A stretch of DNA of 56,564 bases from the IMG/VR virus record IMGVR_UViG_3300032038_000023, one strand, 5' to 3'. Shown piece after piece: positions 1 to 10,069 of the stretch. The position numbers were made by a program, and so were the translations under genes. The stretch's first letter is position 1; every line of letters starts with the position of its first letter. The notes under the pieces were generated by a model that was given only the letters and a program-made list of their open reading frames with translations, was not told the origin of the DNA and searched no databases. Origin of the DNA: an uncultured virus (IMG/VR IMGVR_UViG_3300032038_000023) (taxonomy: Duplodnaviria; Heunggongvirae; Uroviricota; Caudoviricetes).

Positions 1-1
1 A

Positions 2-526
2 GCAGACGAAATGATAAAAACCTAGTTAGACGAGAACGGTAACGAACTGGAAGCTTATGGTTTCTTTAATAATGATGATTATAAAAAGATCCAGCCTAAA
101 GACGCACCGCAAATTCTCTACTCTTTAAAGGCTAATGGCCCCTTAAATTCAAAAATCCATGGTAATGCCTATGCTCGTATTAATAGTGGTATGGTTCGTT
201 TTTTGATTAGTGAGCAAGAAGCTCGCACTGATCTTCTGGCAACGAAGGTAGGCCAAAAGATGTCAACAGAAGAGCGCATAAAACGTCTAATGCCACATGA
301 ACTTACCACAAAACTATTCGAAGAAATGTCTAATTTGCGTCTCCGTAAAACGGGACTTGATATAGTCTTAGAGCAAATTAATCCGCGCTTTCCAAAAGAT
401 AAATATTCAGCATTTGCTTATGGTTTGTGGCGAATTAAAGAACTCGAAGAAGAAAACTATAAGAAAGTCGTTCGTAGAAATGGCGGCAAGGCGCGTTAGT
501 TAATTTTCTTTACTGGAGGACAATAA
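2..526 (+). CDS. Terminase large subunit, C-terminal part (5' truncated; TAG read-through)
   Basis: Frame 2 open from the window start to TAA 524-526 with TAG at 23 and 497. KDKYSAFAYGLW resembles the last motif of a terminase nuclease domain. Lies directly upstream of the portal. Confidence 0.75.
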
Positions 527-530
527 ATAA

Positions 531-2015
531 ATGGGAGAAGCTGTTGATTTAACTACTTTTAAGAAAGCCTTTGAAGGTATGATAGTTAAAAGCGAAAGCT
601 CTTGGAATGAATCTTTAGGTACTATTACTTTTAAGCGTAAGCTGAAAGATTTTAGTAAAGAAGAAGTAGAAAAAATCATTAATAGTGGTTCTGTAGAAGC
701 ACACCAATAGCTCTCTCGCAATTACTTTTATAAAGATAGTTTTTATAAGCGTATTTTAATTTACTATGCTACACTTTTGAAGTATATAGGTATATTGATC
801 CCCAATCCAAGTGCGGGCAATAAACTCTCCACCCCCTATGTATAGAAAAAGTATGAATAGGCGCTGGACTATCTTGATAAAATGAATATTCCAGAGTTAT
901 TGACTAGGTTTTCTTTACGTGCTCTCATTGATGGTTGTCATTATGGTGTACTCCAGAATGTTAATAAGACAGAATTTGCTGTTTTAGATTTGCCTGCTGA
1001 ATATTGTCGTTCCAATTATCGTGATTTTCATGGTAATGATGTGATAGAGTTTAATGTGCTTTATTTTAATACAATTCTTGATGAAGATGTACGAAAGTAG
1101 GTACTGAAAATCTATCCAAAAGTAATTGCAGATCATTATCGTAGATATAAGAAAGGTCAAGTAAAGTCATATTGGGTAAAGATTCCAACTGATATTGGTT
1201 TTTGTTTTTCCTTTACTGACGATGCGCGGCCTTTGTTCTTGGATTTAATTCCAGCTACGATTGATTATGATGAAGCAGTTGAAATTAATAAAGAACGCGA
1301 TTTAGAAGAGATCCGAAAAATTATAGTTCAGAAGATTCCTCATTTGACTGATGGCGCGCTTCTGTTTGAACCAAACGAAGCTGAAGTGATGCATGATGGC
1401 GCTGTCAATATGATGAAAGGGAACAAAAATATAAGTGTTTTAACTACATATGCTGATGTTGACTCTGTAGTGTCAAATACGGCTTCAGAAGCTTCTACAA
1501 ATGCGCTTGAGAAAAGTTTATAGAATGTGTATGCAAAGGGCGGCGTGAGTGGACAACTGTTTGCGCCGACTGGTAGCCAAGCACTTATGACGTCTATTAG
1601 AAATGATATTTCCTTGATGATGATTCTTGGGAATAAGTATTCGAGACTTTTTACTTTTATTATTAATAGTCTTTATGCAAATTCGAATGTGAATTTTAAG
1701 TATTAGTTAATGCCGATTTCGTATTATGATACGAGCGACTATATTACTGATTCCTTTAAGCTTGCATAGAGTGGTTATAGTTTCTTATTACCGAGTCTTG
1801 CGCTTGGTATTACTCAAAAAGATCTTATTAACCTTAAGAGTCTTGAGAATGATACATTAAAGATGTTAGAAGATGTACTTCTTCCATTATCTTCTGCCTA
1901 TACCTAGGGTTCGGGTACTGGTAAGGTTGGACGTCCGGAGTTAAGTCCGGAACAAAAGTCTATAAAGACAATCCAAAATGAACAATCATTAGACAATGGA
2001 GGCTCAAATGGATAA
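531..2015 (+). CDS. Portal protein, 494 aa with 8 in-frame TAG
   Basis: GGAGG RBS then ATG 531. Track ORFs 882 and 1233 share this frame, which has only TAG interruptions until TAA 2013-2015. C-terminal PLSSAYT(Q)GSGTGKVGRP. Position between terminase and protease. Confidence 0.8.
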
Positions 2016-3369
2016 ACACTTAACTGAATTTGACGTACAAGTGTACGGCGAATTAGAAAAGTATAATGAAGTTTTGAGCAAGGCTAGATGTCGAATTTTT
2101 TACAAGTATGAGAATCGAAATGGAACCTTTATTACTGATGAATTTGCGGAGAAGCTTTTAAGTTCTCTTCCGTACGCTCCAGTAAAAGGTATTTATGAAA
2201 CAGATGATTATACCGATCATGGCGCGCGACGTGACATGGGACGTATTTATGGCATAGTCCCAGAATCTCCCAATGTCACTTGGGAGCCATTTGTTGATGA
2301 TGATGGTGTAACTAGAACTTATGCTTGTACCGATGTTTTGATTTTTACTGCGCTTTATGAAGAAGCAAAGGAAATAGTTGGTAAGAGTCAATCAATGGAG
2401 TTATATGCTCCATCTCTGAAATACCATGAAGCTATTGTTCATGGTAGACGCTATGTTGTATTTGATGAAGGATGCTTTTTAGGGCTTCAAGTGTTAGGTG
2501 ACAATGTAGAGCCTTGTTTTGAAGGGGCTTCATTCTATACTTTATAGAGCACTATAGAATATGCTATTAATTAGATAAAAAACTACGGAGGTACTAAAAT
2601 GCCTAAGATTAATTTCAAGCTTTCTGACGATCAGAAATTCCAAGCTATTTGGGCGCTGCTCAATCCGGAATTTACTGAAGAAGGAAATTGGACTGTTACT
2701 TATGGTATTTCCGCCGTTTATGATGATTACGCACTCGTTATGAATTATGAGACTGGCGAGTTCAATCGTGCCTATTATAATAAGAATGACGAGAATGATA
2801 TGATCGAACTTGGTGACGTTGTGAAGTGCTTTGTTGTTGACGTTACTGAGAATGAGATGAATACGATCAATACTTTGCGCGCTCTCAACGGCGACACTTA
2901 TGAATTAGTGAGTGAAGAGCTGACTAATGCAAAGGAGAATTTTGAAAAAGTTTCCGAATTTTCCGCCAAAATTGAAGAGTTAACTAACTCGGTTTCTACT
3001 TTAGAAACAGAGAGAGATAATAGCGTTGAGCAGATCAATGAGTATACCGCTCAGATCGAGTCTGCTAACAATACAATCAATTCTTTAAATGAAGAGATCA
3101 ATTCTTTACGTGAGTTTAAACTCTCGGTTGAGACTCAGCAGAAGGAAGCTGTGATTAATGAGTATTCTGAACAGTTAAGCGAAGAGATTCTCAATGGTTA
3201 TCGTGAGAATTTTGATAACTATACTGCCGAGGAGCTTGATATGCGGTTGGCTTATGAGTTAAAGAAGAATAATCCTTCGATCTTCACCAAGACTGGTGAT
3301 GAGGGCATTGCCCCGAAAGACACCCAAGTTAATGGGTTAACTGCTATTTTATCGAAATATAAAAAGTAA
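2008..3369 (+). CDS. Prohead protease-scaffold fusion, 453 aa via TAG 2545 and 2572
   Basis: GGAGG at 1998 precedes ATG 2008. Track ORFs 1996 and 2599 are in one frame, separated only by two TAGs. Motifs NRNGTFIT, SQSMEL and VEPCFEGA are followed by an acidic coiled coil. Confidence 0.75.
2599..3369 (+). CDS. Scaffold protein from an internal in-frame start, 256 aa, TAG-free
   Basis: Own GGAGGT RBS at 2587-2592 before ATG 2599. Acidic coiled-coil sequence upstream of the capsid genes. Confidence 0.65.
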   Translation: MPKINFKLSDDQKFQAIWALLNPEFTEEGNWTVTYGISAVYDDYALVMNYETGEFNRAYYNKNDENDMIELGDVVKCFVVDVTENEMNTINTLRALNGDTYELVSEELTNAKENFEKVSEFSAKIEELTNSVSTLETERDNSVEQINEYTAQIESANNTINSLNEEINSLREFKLSVETQQKEAVINEYSEQLSEEILNGYRENFDNYTAEELDMRLAYELKKNNPSIFTKTGDEGIAPKDTQVNGLTAILSKYKK

Positions 3370-3386
3370 TTTAGGAGGCTATTTAA

Positions 3387-3944
3387 ATGGCTAGAATGGT
3401 TATTGATGGTTTCGGCCAAGTCGAGCTGAACAACGTAGCATTCCGTCGTGATGGCCGCATTGAGGCCCAGTGCGCTCTTGATACTGCTGCTTTTACTAGT
3501 GCTGTTCCTTGTGAGAACGGTATGATTCTTCGCGTTAAGAAAGCAGAGCACAAGATCACTTTCGCGGATGCTTCTGCTGCGAATCAGCTTTACGCGCTGA
3601 ACTATAGTACTGAACATATGTATGATGAGCGCAAGCCTGGTCTGAAGAACTTCAGCCTGTCTGGGCCGAAGGGTGCCGCCCGTCAGGATTTCCTTCCTCG
3701 CGTTGGTTATCTTGCTGCTGGCGACCTGTGGACGACCAACTGCGTTGATCTCGGTGACTATGCAAATGTTTCCGCTGTTGTTTCCGCTCTTGCTAGCGGC
3801 GACGTGTATGCGGCTGTTGGCACCGCTGGTGCTGTTGTTCTGGGTTCTGCGGCTCCTACTGTTGGTCCCGTGATCCAGGTTATTAAGAAGACGACTATGC
3901 CTGATGGGCAGGATGCTTTCCAGCTTCAGGTTCTGTCGGTGTAA
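3387..3944 (+). CDS. Probable capsid decoration/cement protein, 185 aa, TAG-free
   Basis: AGGAGG RBS, high-expression codon bias, lies between scaffold and major capsid. Confidence 0.6.
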   Translation: MARMVIDGFGQVELNNVAFRRDGRIEAQCALDTAAFTSAVPCENGMILRVKKAEHKITFADASAANQLYALNYSTEHMYDERKPGLKNFSLSGPKGAARQDFLPRVGYLAAGDLWTTNCVDLGDYANVSAVVSALASGDVYAAVGTAGAVVLGSAAPTVGPVIQVIKKTTMPDGQDAFQLQVLSV

Positions 3945-3960
3945 TTAGGAGGGTAACGAA

Positions 3961-4998
3961 ATGACTATTAATGAATTACGTGAACTTGCCCTTCATGCCG
4001 TTAAGGGTACTGCTCCTGCTGAGTTCACCGTCGAGAACGTTAATGACGCTTTCGCCGATGGTCTGAAGGAGTTTGCTGGTTCTTACAACCAGTTCATGAA
4101 GAATCGTTACGATCTCTATGATATTATCATTGAGTCTATCGACGAGATTCTTCCTCGTGATGTTGAAGCTGCGATCGGTCAGTTTGCTGAAGTTCGTACT
4201 GTGGGTCAGGGCCAGAAGGCTATGTTCCGTAAGAAACTCGGCCGCGCTCGCGCTAAGAAGTTCCTTACTCAGGTTGGTCTGAGTGGTGTTTATGAGACGT
4301 TCCGTCTGGATTCCGAGACCTTTGAACTCGGTGGGCATGCGGTCGGCGGCGGTGCTACGATCGATTTCGAGCGTATGCTTGACGGTGCCGAGTCTCTGGC
4401 TGAAGTTGTTGGTATTGTGACCGAAGGTCTTACCAATGCTGTGTATGTTGAAGTTGAGCGTGCTCTGGTTGCGGCCTATGACAATATGCCTGCTACCAAC
4501 AAGTACAAAGGCGCTTGGAATGCTGACGAAATGGTTAAGCTGATGACCATCGTGCGTGCCTATGGCAGCCCCGTGATTTTCGCTTGCCCTGAGTTCATCG
4601 CCAAGATGGGCGCTGACGCCATCATCCCCGTTGCCACTGGTACTGGTCAAGGCGTTTACAGCCCGAAGGACATTGAAGCTATCCATGATACTGGATTCAT
4701 CAAGGTCTTCCGTGGCGCTCCCGTTGTTGAGATTCCTCAGTCCTTTGTTGACGAGACCAATACCGAGACTTATGTTGATCCCAGCCGTGCCTACGTGTTC
4801 CCTGCTGGTGCTGAGAAGGTTGTCAAGGTTGTCCTTGAAGGTGCCACTCAGATCCGCGACCATGAGAATAAGGATAATTCCATGGAAGTCTATGCTTGGA
4901 AGAAGATGGGCTGCGCGATTCTGCATCACAACAACTGGTGCATTTATTGGAACTCTTCCATTGCAGATACTTCTGCGAAGGACATCTACGGGTTCTAA
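3961..4998 (+). CDS. Major capsid protein, 345 aa, TAG-free
   Basis: Size, position, AGGAGG RBS, strongly biased codons, followed by a hairpin. Confidence 0.8.
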   Translation: MTINELRELALHAVKGTAPAEFTVENVNDAFADGLKEFAGSYNQFMKNRYDLYDIIIESIDEILPRDVEAAIGQFAEVRTVGQGQKAMFRKKLGRARAKKFLTQVGLSGVYETFRLDSETFELGGHAVGGGATIDFERMLDGAESLAEVVGIVTEGLTNAVYVEVERALVAAYDNMPATNKYKGAWNADEMVKLMTIVRAYGSPVIFACPEFIAKMGADAIIPVATGTGQGVYSPKDIEAIHDTGFIKVFRGAPVVEIPQSFVDETNTETYVDPSRAYVFPAGAEKVVKVVLEGATQIRDHENKDNSMEVYAWKKMGCAILHHNNWCIYWNSSIADTSAKDIYGF

Positions 4999-5013
4999 TT
5001 TAAATAAGACTAA

Positions 5014-5037
5014 AGGGAAGGGAGTATTCCCTTCCCT
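5014..5037 (+). terminator. Hairpin after the major capsid gene
   Basis: AGGGAAGGGA-GTAT-TCCCTTCCCT perfect 10-bp stem followed by an AT-rich tract. Confidence 0.7.
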
Positions 5038-5089
5038 AATTTAATATATAAATATAGCGCACGAGCGCAAGGAGTTAAAGGAGAAAATT

Positions 5090-5566
5090 ATGTCAGACAA
5101 AGTTAAAGTTATTAGTGCATTTGATGGCCGTTGCGGAATTGATAATAGTGATTTACATATTTCTCGTAGATGGCCGGCACGCGGTTCGTATGTGACCTTA
5201 GATAAGGATATTATTGAAGAACTCATGTTCGATGATGCGTTTAAAAATATGGTCGAAGATGGGACGCTTTTCATTGAAGATTTTGAGTTGAAGAAGGAAT
5301 TAGGAATTGAGCCAGAAGATGCAAAAACGCCGACCGTGATTTATCTTGGGGATAAAGAGTTAGAGCGTTTCTGGAAAGTTATGCCGCTGGCGCAGTTCAA
5401 AGTTGAAGTAAAGAAATTAAAGAAGGCCCAAATTGAGTCATTAGCAGACTATGCTATGAATCATGGCGAAGATGGTAGTATTCCCAAGGCTAACTTCTTA
5501 ACGGAAGTGAGCGGCCGCAATATTCTTAAGGGGATTGAGTTAAAGAAAGCTGCCCAGGAGGGTTAA
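5090..5566 (+). CDS. Hypothetical head-module protein, 158 aa
   Basis: AAGGAG RBS, intact ORF after the capsid gene. Confidence 0.7.
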   Translation: MSDKVKVISAFDGRCGIDNSDLHISRRWPARGSYVTLDKDIIEELMFDDAFKNMVEDGTLFIEDFELKKELGIEPEDAKTPTVIYLGDKELERFWKVMPLAQFKVEVKKLKKAQIESLADYAMNHGEDGSIPKANFLTEVSGRNILKGIELKKAAQEG

Positions 5567-5569
5567 TGG

Positions 5570-6025
5570 ATGACTAATTTTCAGGTAGTGTATGACGCCT
5601 TTTTAGCCAAGTAGCTCGATGATGAATGGAATACTTGGGATGAAGAGGACATGCAAGAAGACTGGAAGTCCTTGCTAATGGGTGCGCTCCCTTGGTTTAA
5701 ATTTCCAAGAGTACCATTGGATATTGAGATTGATGAGACAGATGGAACTGAAAAGTTCGCCAGTGATTTAACTAACGAAGAAATTTAGATTTTAGCTACG
5801 TATATGAAATGCGAATGGCTTAATAGGACTATTCTTACTTGGGAGAATGTCAAACCGCTTTATGAAGAGCGCGATTTCTCGCAAGCAAATCTTTTGGATA
5901 AGTTTCATTAGATGCTTGAATAGGAGAAGAAAAATGCGGCTAGATTAGAAGCTGTATATTATCGCTCTATTAAGCGACGGCCATTTGATTATACGAAATT
6001 AGCTACACAAGTAAAAAATGTCTAA
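5570..6025 (+). CDS. Probable head-tail adaptor, 151 aa with 4 TAG (absent from the ORF track)
   Basis: GGAGG RBS. Reads MTNFQVVYDAFLAK(Q)LDDEW...FASDLTNEEI(Q)ILATYMKCEWL...DFSQANLL to TAA 6023-6025. Confidence 0.65.
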
Positions 6026-6272
6026 TGTACTTGAAGGTTATAATAATAACCTAAAGAATAGACTTTTTGCGCTCTTATGTGAATATGAACGAGGACGGGA
6101 ATGGGAGTCTTTCCTAGATTCTATTCTCGTTGAACTCATGTCATATCCGGAAGAACATAAGACTATTAATTATTATCGCCTTTTTACTAAGGTGTCTTCT
6201 CTTCGTTATTTAAGTTTTAAGTATTTTAGATCTACAGTTTTTGACTGTATGAGTTTACTGTCAAAGTTATGA
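6018..6272 (+). CDS. Hypothetical protein, 84 aa
   Basis: Intact ORF overlapping both neighbours; ATGA overlap at 6269-6272. Confidence 0.6.
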   Translation: MSNVLEGYNNNLKNRLFALLCEYERGREWESFLDSILVELMSYPEEHKTINYYRLFTKVSSLRYLSFKYFRSTVFDCMSLLSKL

Positions 6273-6991
6273 GTTACTATGATATTTATCGGTAGAGATT
6301 AAACCGATTTGGTAATGATTATCAATCTCGCGTCCAAGGTGAGAGAGAGCATTTATTTGATCTTTATTTATTAAAGTCGATTTATAGAGTTGACTTTATG
6401 TTTGAAGGCTGCCATCATGCGGGCAGTTTAGAAAAGTATAAATAGGATAATACGAAAACGCAATAGTATTTACTTACTAAGATAGATGTAGAGATCCCAA
6501 ATGGCACAATTCTTATGCTTATGGATAAGGATGGAAATGAAAAGCCATGGATGATCTTCTGGAAAGAAGAAATTAAAGCAAGTGGATATAATCGTTATAT
6601 TGTATTACGTATGACGCATGAATTAACATGGGTTGCACGCGATGGAACTACATAGACTGCTTGGGCGTATATGTATGGTCAAGAAGATAATATGTTGAAG
6701 AATGAAATTCGTTCGCGTTCGCGCATGGATACTATTTATGAAGAAAATATGAAATTAAGTTTCTTTGTAACACCAGCTAATCCAAAAATTAAGATTGATG
6801 ACTATTTTGTTGTTGGTGAAAAGCCGCTTTAGGAGTAGTATAGAGTTACTGGTTATGATATTCAATCTACACCTGGCGTGGAGTTTGTGAGTGTTGACCC
6901 TATTTATGAATTTGATCAAAGCGCGCCGCCAGATAAAGAAACTGGAGAGAATCCCGAAGACTTCTTCTGGTTTAATGGAGGGATTGAATAA
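6269..6991 (+). CDS. Probable head-closure/neck protein, 240 aa with TAG read-through
   Basis: ATG 6269 coupled to the upstream TGA. Reads MSYYDIYR(Q)RLNRFGNDYQSRVQGERE and stays open except for TAG to TAA 6989-6991. Confidence 0.6.
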
Positions 6992-7482
6992 TGGCCGCAA
7001 GAAACTTATCAGATTTAGGGTTAAATTTATAGAAGATTATGACGCGTTTAATGAGTGATCAGATACTTATTAAATTACTTTACTATACTGGAAAAGATCC
7101 ATATAGTGAAGAAGATTTAACCCCGGAACAAATTAAAAATGAGATTTATGAAAAGCACATAAAAGTTGTTCCAAGAATTGGTTCAATTGAGACGGCATAG
7201 AGTTTAGTTACTATACGTGTAGTACGTGGTAATTCAAATGATGGAAATGATGAGTTTAGAAATTTTTAGTTTGCGATTGAAGTTTTCGTGCCATTAACGC
7301 AATGGTATATTAAAGACTCTAATTTGCGGCCGTTCGCTATTATGGGTGAAATTCATAAATGCCTTAATAATAAAACTATTAGTGGACTTGGAAAAATGCG
7401 TGGTGGAGACTTTCAGATTAACTTCATGACTGATGAAATTGTTAGTTATGAAATGTTTTATTCTTTAACGACCTATGATTGA
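6991..7482 (+). CDS. Probable neck/tail-terminator protein, 163 aa with TAG read-through
   Basis: GGAGG RBS and TAATG overlap. Same frame as track ORF 7288-7482. Confidence 0.55.
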
Positions 7483-8221
7483 TCCTTATGCGTTTATTGC
7501 GCGGCCATTTGATTTTAAAGGGCTGTGTAAGATTTATCCACCAAAAATAAATGATATACTTGATGAACGAGATTATCCAGTATATAAAAAATTGTTTCTG
7601 AGTTCACAAGAAGATATAGAGGATGAATATGCTGAGTAGAAGCTTGGGATGGATGAAGTTCCTACTCCTCTTGGCTATTTATTTCTTATGGCCGCGGCAG
7701 ATTCGCGCATTAAACAAATCATAATGAATGGATTTGAGTTCTTTATTAAGGAACCAGTTCTTTTATTGATGGATTAGCAAATAATCGTTATAGGAGATAT
7801 AACTGAGACTTTAAAGAATATAAAATCTGTTGAAGAATTAAGATTAATTCGTGAAGATGATTATTTTGAATTTCAAAATGCTTTACGGCGCGCGATTGGT
7901 GAAAAAGAAGCCGAACCATATAATCCAAACGAAAACCCTAAAATCAAATATTTTAAAGCCAAAGCGAGGTTGCGTGATCGTGTAAAAGCAAAATCAAAGA
8001 ATGCATTGACTTTAGGTTCAACACTTTCTTCAATTTGCTGTATGGGTTTAGGTATAACCCCACTTAATATCGGAGAGTTAAGCTAGGCCGCAATATCGGT
8101 TCTAATGCGTACATATCAAGAGAAGCATAAATATGAAATTGATATTGAGTCGTTAATGAATGGAGCGGATAGCAAAAAAGTAAAACCGCAACCTTGGATT
8201 AGAAATATAGAAGATTTATAA
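7475..8221 (+). CDS. Tail-module protein, possibly tail assembly chaperone-like, 248 aa with 3 TAG
   Basis: Reads MIDPYAFIARPFDFKGLCKIYPPKI...GADSKKVKPQPWIRNIEDL to TAA 8219-8221. Function is inferred from context only. Confidence 0.55.
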
Positions 8222-8238
8222 CTAGGAGGTCATTTTAA

Positions 8239-9153
8239 ATGGCTAGTATTCTTGATCGCTATGGTATTAAAGAAGTCGCTGACGTGACTTTTTATAAGAT
8301 CAATCCCGATGGTACTCCTGGTGCTCCCGTTCTGTTTCTGGATACTTTAAAGGTTTCTACTATCGAGCAGACCGCTGAGACGGTTGACGCCCGTGGTGGT
8401 AAGGGTAACCCGAAGCTGATCACTTGGGACTACGGCAAGGAGATCACCATCAATATCGAAGATGCCCTCTTCAGCCCGAAGTCTATGGCTATCATGCTTG
8501 GCGACGGTACTGTTGCTCAGGGTACTGGTGGATACATCCGCAAGACTGCTGTTGCTCGTCTCGGCGCTGCTGCTGAAGGGGTTATCAAACTGGTTAATGA
8601 CTATGTTACTGCCGACGTGTATGATGCCACTGAAGGATCTAAGCGCGTGAAGCTGTATCTTGGTGCGAATGCGACCGCCCCTGCTGGTGAAGTGAAGCTT
8701 AATGGTCAGCTCGCTTTCTCTATCACTGGTGAGACTGCTAAGCTGTATGACGAAGATGGCACCGTTCTGGACGATGCGTTCTCTGAGTCCGACCTTAAGG
8801 CTCTTTATACGACTGGTCTGACTGTTCCTACTGGTAGGAATCTTGATGGTCATAAAGTTATGTTCACCTACTGGGTGAAGGCGACCACGAAGACGATCAC
8901 TGTTTCTGGTGATACCTTCCCTGGCACCTACTACATGCAGGGCGATACCTATTCTCGTTCTGACGTTGATGGCCGCGACCAGTTCTTCCAGTTCATAGTT
9001 CCTAAGGCTAAGCTCACTGCTGAGCAGACCATCACGCTCGAAGCGGAAGGCGATCCTTCTACCTTCAGCATGAATCTGACTGTTCTGCGTCCTGAGTCTG
9101 GCGAAATGATGAAGCTCGTGCAGTACGATCTTGAGGATCCTTCTGCGGGCTAA
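8239..9153 (+). CDS. Major tail tube protein, 304 aa, TAG-free
   Basis: AGGAGG RBS and high-expression codons. Motifs LDTLKVSTIEQTAETVDARGGKGNPKLITWD and IVPKAKL..EGDPSTFSM. Confidence 0.8.
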   Translation: MASILDRYGIKEVADVTFYKINPDGTPGAPVLFLDTLKVSTIEQTAETVDARGGKGNPKLITWDYGKEITINIEDALFSPKSMAIMLGDGTVAQGTGGYIRKTAVARLGAAAEGVIKLVNDYVTADVYDATEGSKRVKLYLGANATAPAGEVKLNGQLAFSITGETAKLYDEDGTVLDDAFSESDLKALYTTGLTVPTGRNLDGHKVMFTYWVKATTKTITVSGDTFPGTYYMQGDTYSRSDVDGRDQFFQFIVPKAKLTAEQTITLEAEGDPSTFSMNLTVLRPESGEMMKLVQYDLEDPSAG

Positions 9154-9170
9154 TCGGAATAATATAAAAG

Positions 9171-9203
9171 AAATGGCGGAGGATGGATTTCCTTCGCCAT
9201 TTT
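9171..9203 (+). terminator. Intrinsic terminator after the tail tube gene
   Basis: AAATGGCGGAGGA / TCCTTCGCCATTT stem with one G-U pair, then T-rich sequence. Confidence 0.7.
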
Positions 9204-9221
9204 GCTTTATAGGAGGAAGTT

Positions 9222-10016
9222 ATGGACGACAATCTTGGTTCTTTTAAAACATTAGAGTAGGTTCACTTAAAAGCTACTTAGAATATAGAAGTAGGTGGAC
9301 GAACTTTTGAACCTGGAGAGACTATTGCGTATTTTGATAAGATTTAGATTAGTAATTTAAATGAATTGAAAGAGTACGTGGCTGCGCGCGGAGGTTATGG
9401 AAATAGGGGTTTGGTCTATTGGGAAACTACGCGCGAACTAAGGTTTACCTTTACGCAAGGTGTATTTTCCAAGACACAGTTTGGAATTTTGAATAATGCG
9501 AAAGTTATAAATGTAGAAGAAGAAGAGCCACTTTTGATTACGAAAGTTGAAGAGTTAGAAGTGGATGAGTATGGTTAGTTTCATACTGCGGAAGAACCTT
9601 ATGATAGGTTATTTGTGTATTTAAAGGATAACGGATAGAAAATTTAGGTGCTTACAAAAGTTGGTACACTTTTAGAAGTGAGCGCGGAATACGCTTATTA
9701 GAGTGTTGTTGTGATGTATAGATATAATTATACGGGTGGCGGCACTGTTGCGAAGATAGGCTAGAGATGCCTACGTGGATTTTTGGAGTTAGAAGGTAAG
9801 ACGAGAGTAAAGGACGATACGTCTGGACTTATTACAACTGGGATCATTACGATTCCACAACTAAAATTAATGTCTGGCTTATCTATGAAATTAGGCGCGC
9901 AGGCGAATCCCGTGGTTGGAACTTTTGAAGGGGTAGGCGTGCCAGTAGGTTCGAGAAGTGAAAGTTATGTGGCAACTTTTAGTTTTCTGAATGATGATAT
10001 AGATAGTGATATGTAA
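9222..10016 (+). CDS. Tail-tube-like paralog, 264 aa with TAG read-through
   Basis: AGGAGG RBS. Track ORFs 9366 and 9783 are in this frame. ARGGYGNRGLVYWE and IITIPQLKL align by eye with ARGGKGNPKLITWD and FIVPKAKL of 8239-9153. Confidence 0.65.
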
Positions 10017-10021
10017 ATTAG

Positions 10022-10055
10022 TCAGCATTAGTTTTAGCTAATGCTGATTTTATTT
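10022..10055 (+). terminator. Intrinsic terminator before the tape measure gene
   Basis: TCAGCATTAG-TTTTAG-CTAATGCTGA followed by TTTTATTT. Confidence 0.7.
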
Positions 10056-10069
10056 ATGTGAGGTGTAAA

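Noticed and set aside
3976..4929. 317-aa antisense ORF over the capsid gene, and similar ones at 8347-8853 and 45453-46571
   Set aside because: Shadow frames produced by the strong codon bias of highly expressed genes; no RBS or recognisable motifs.
9154..10069. Programmed -1 frameshift tail chaperone pair
   Set aside because: The interval is one frame once TAG is read through and resembles the tail tube protein; no frameshift is needed.
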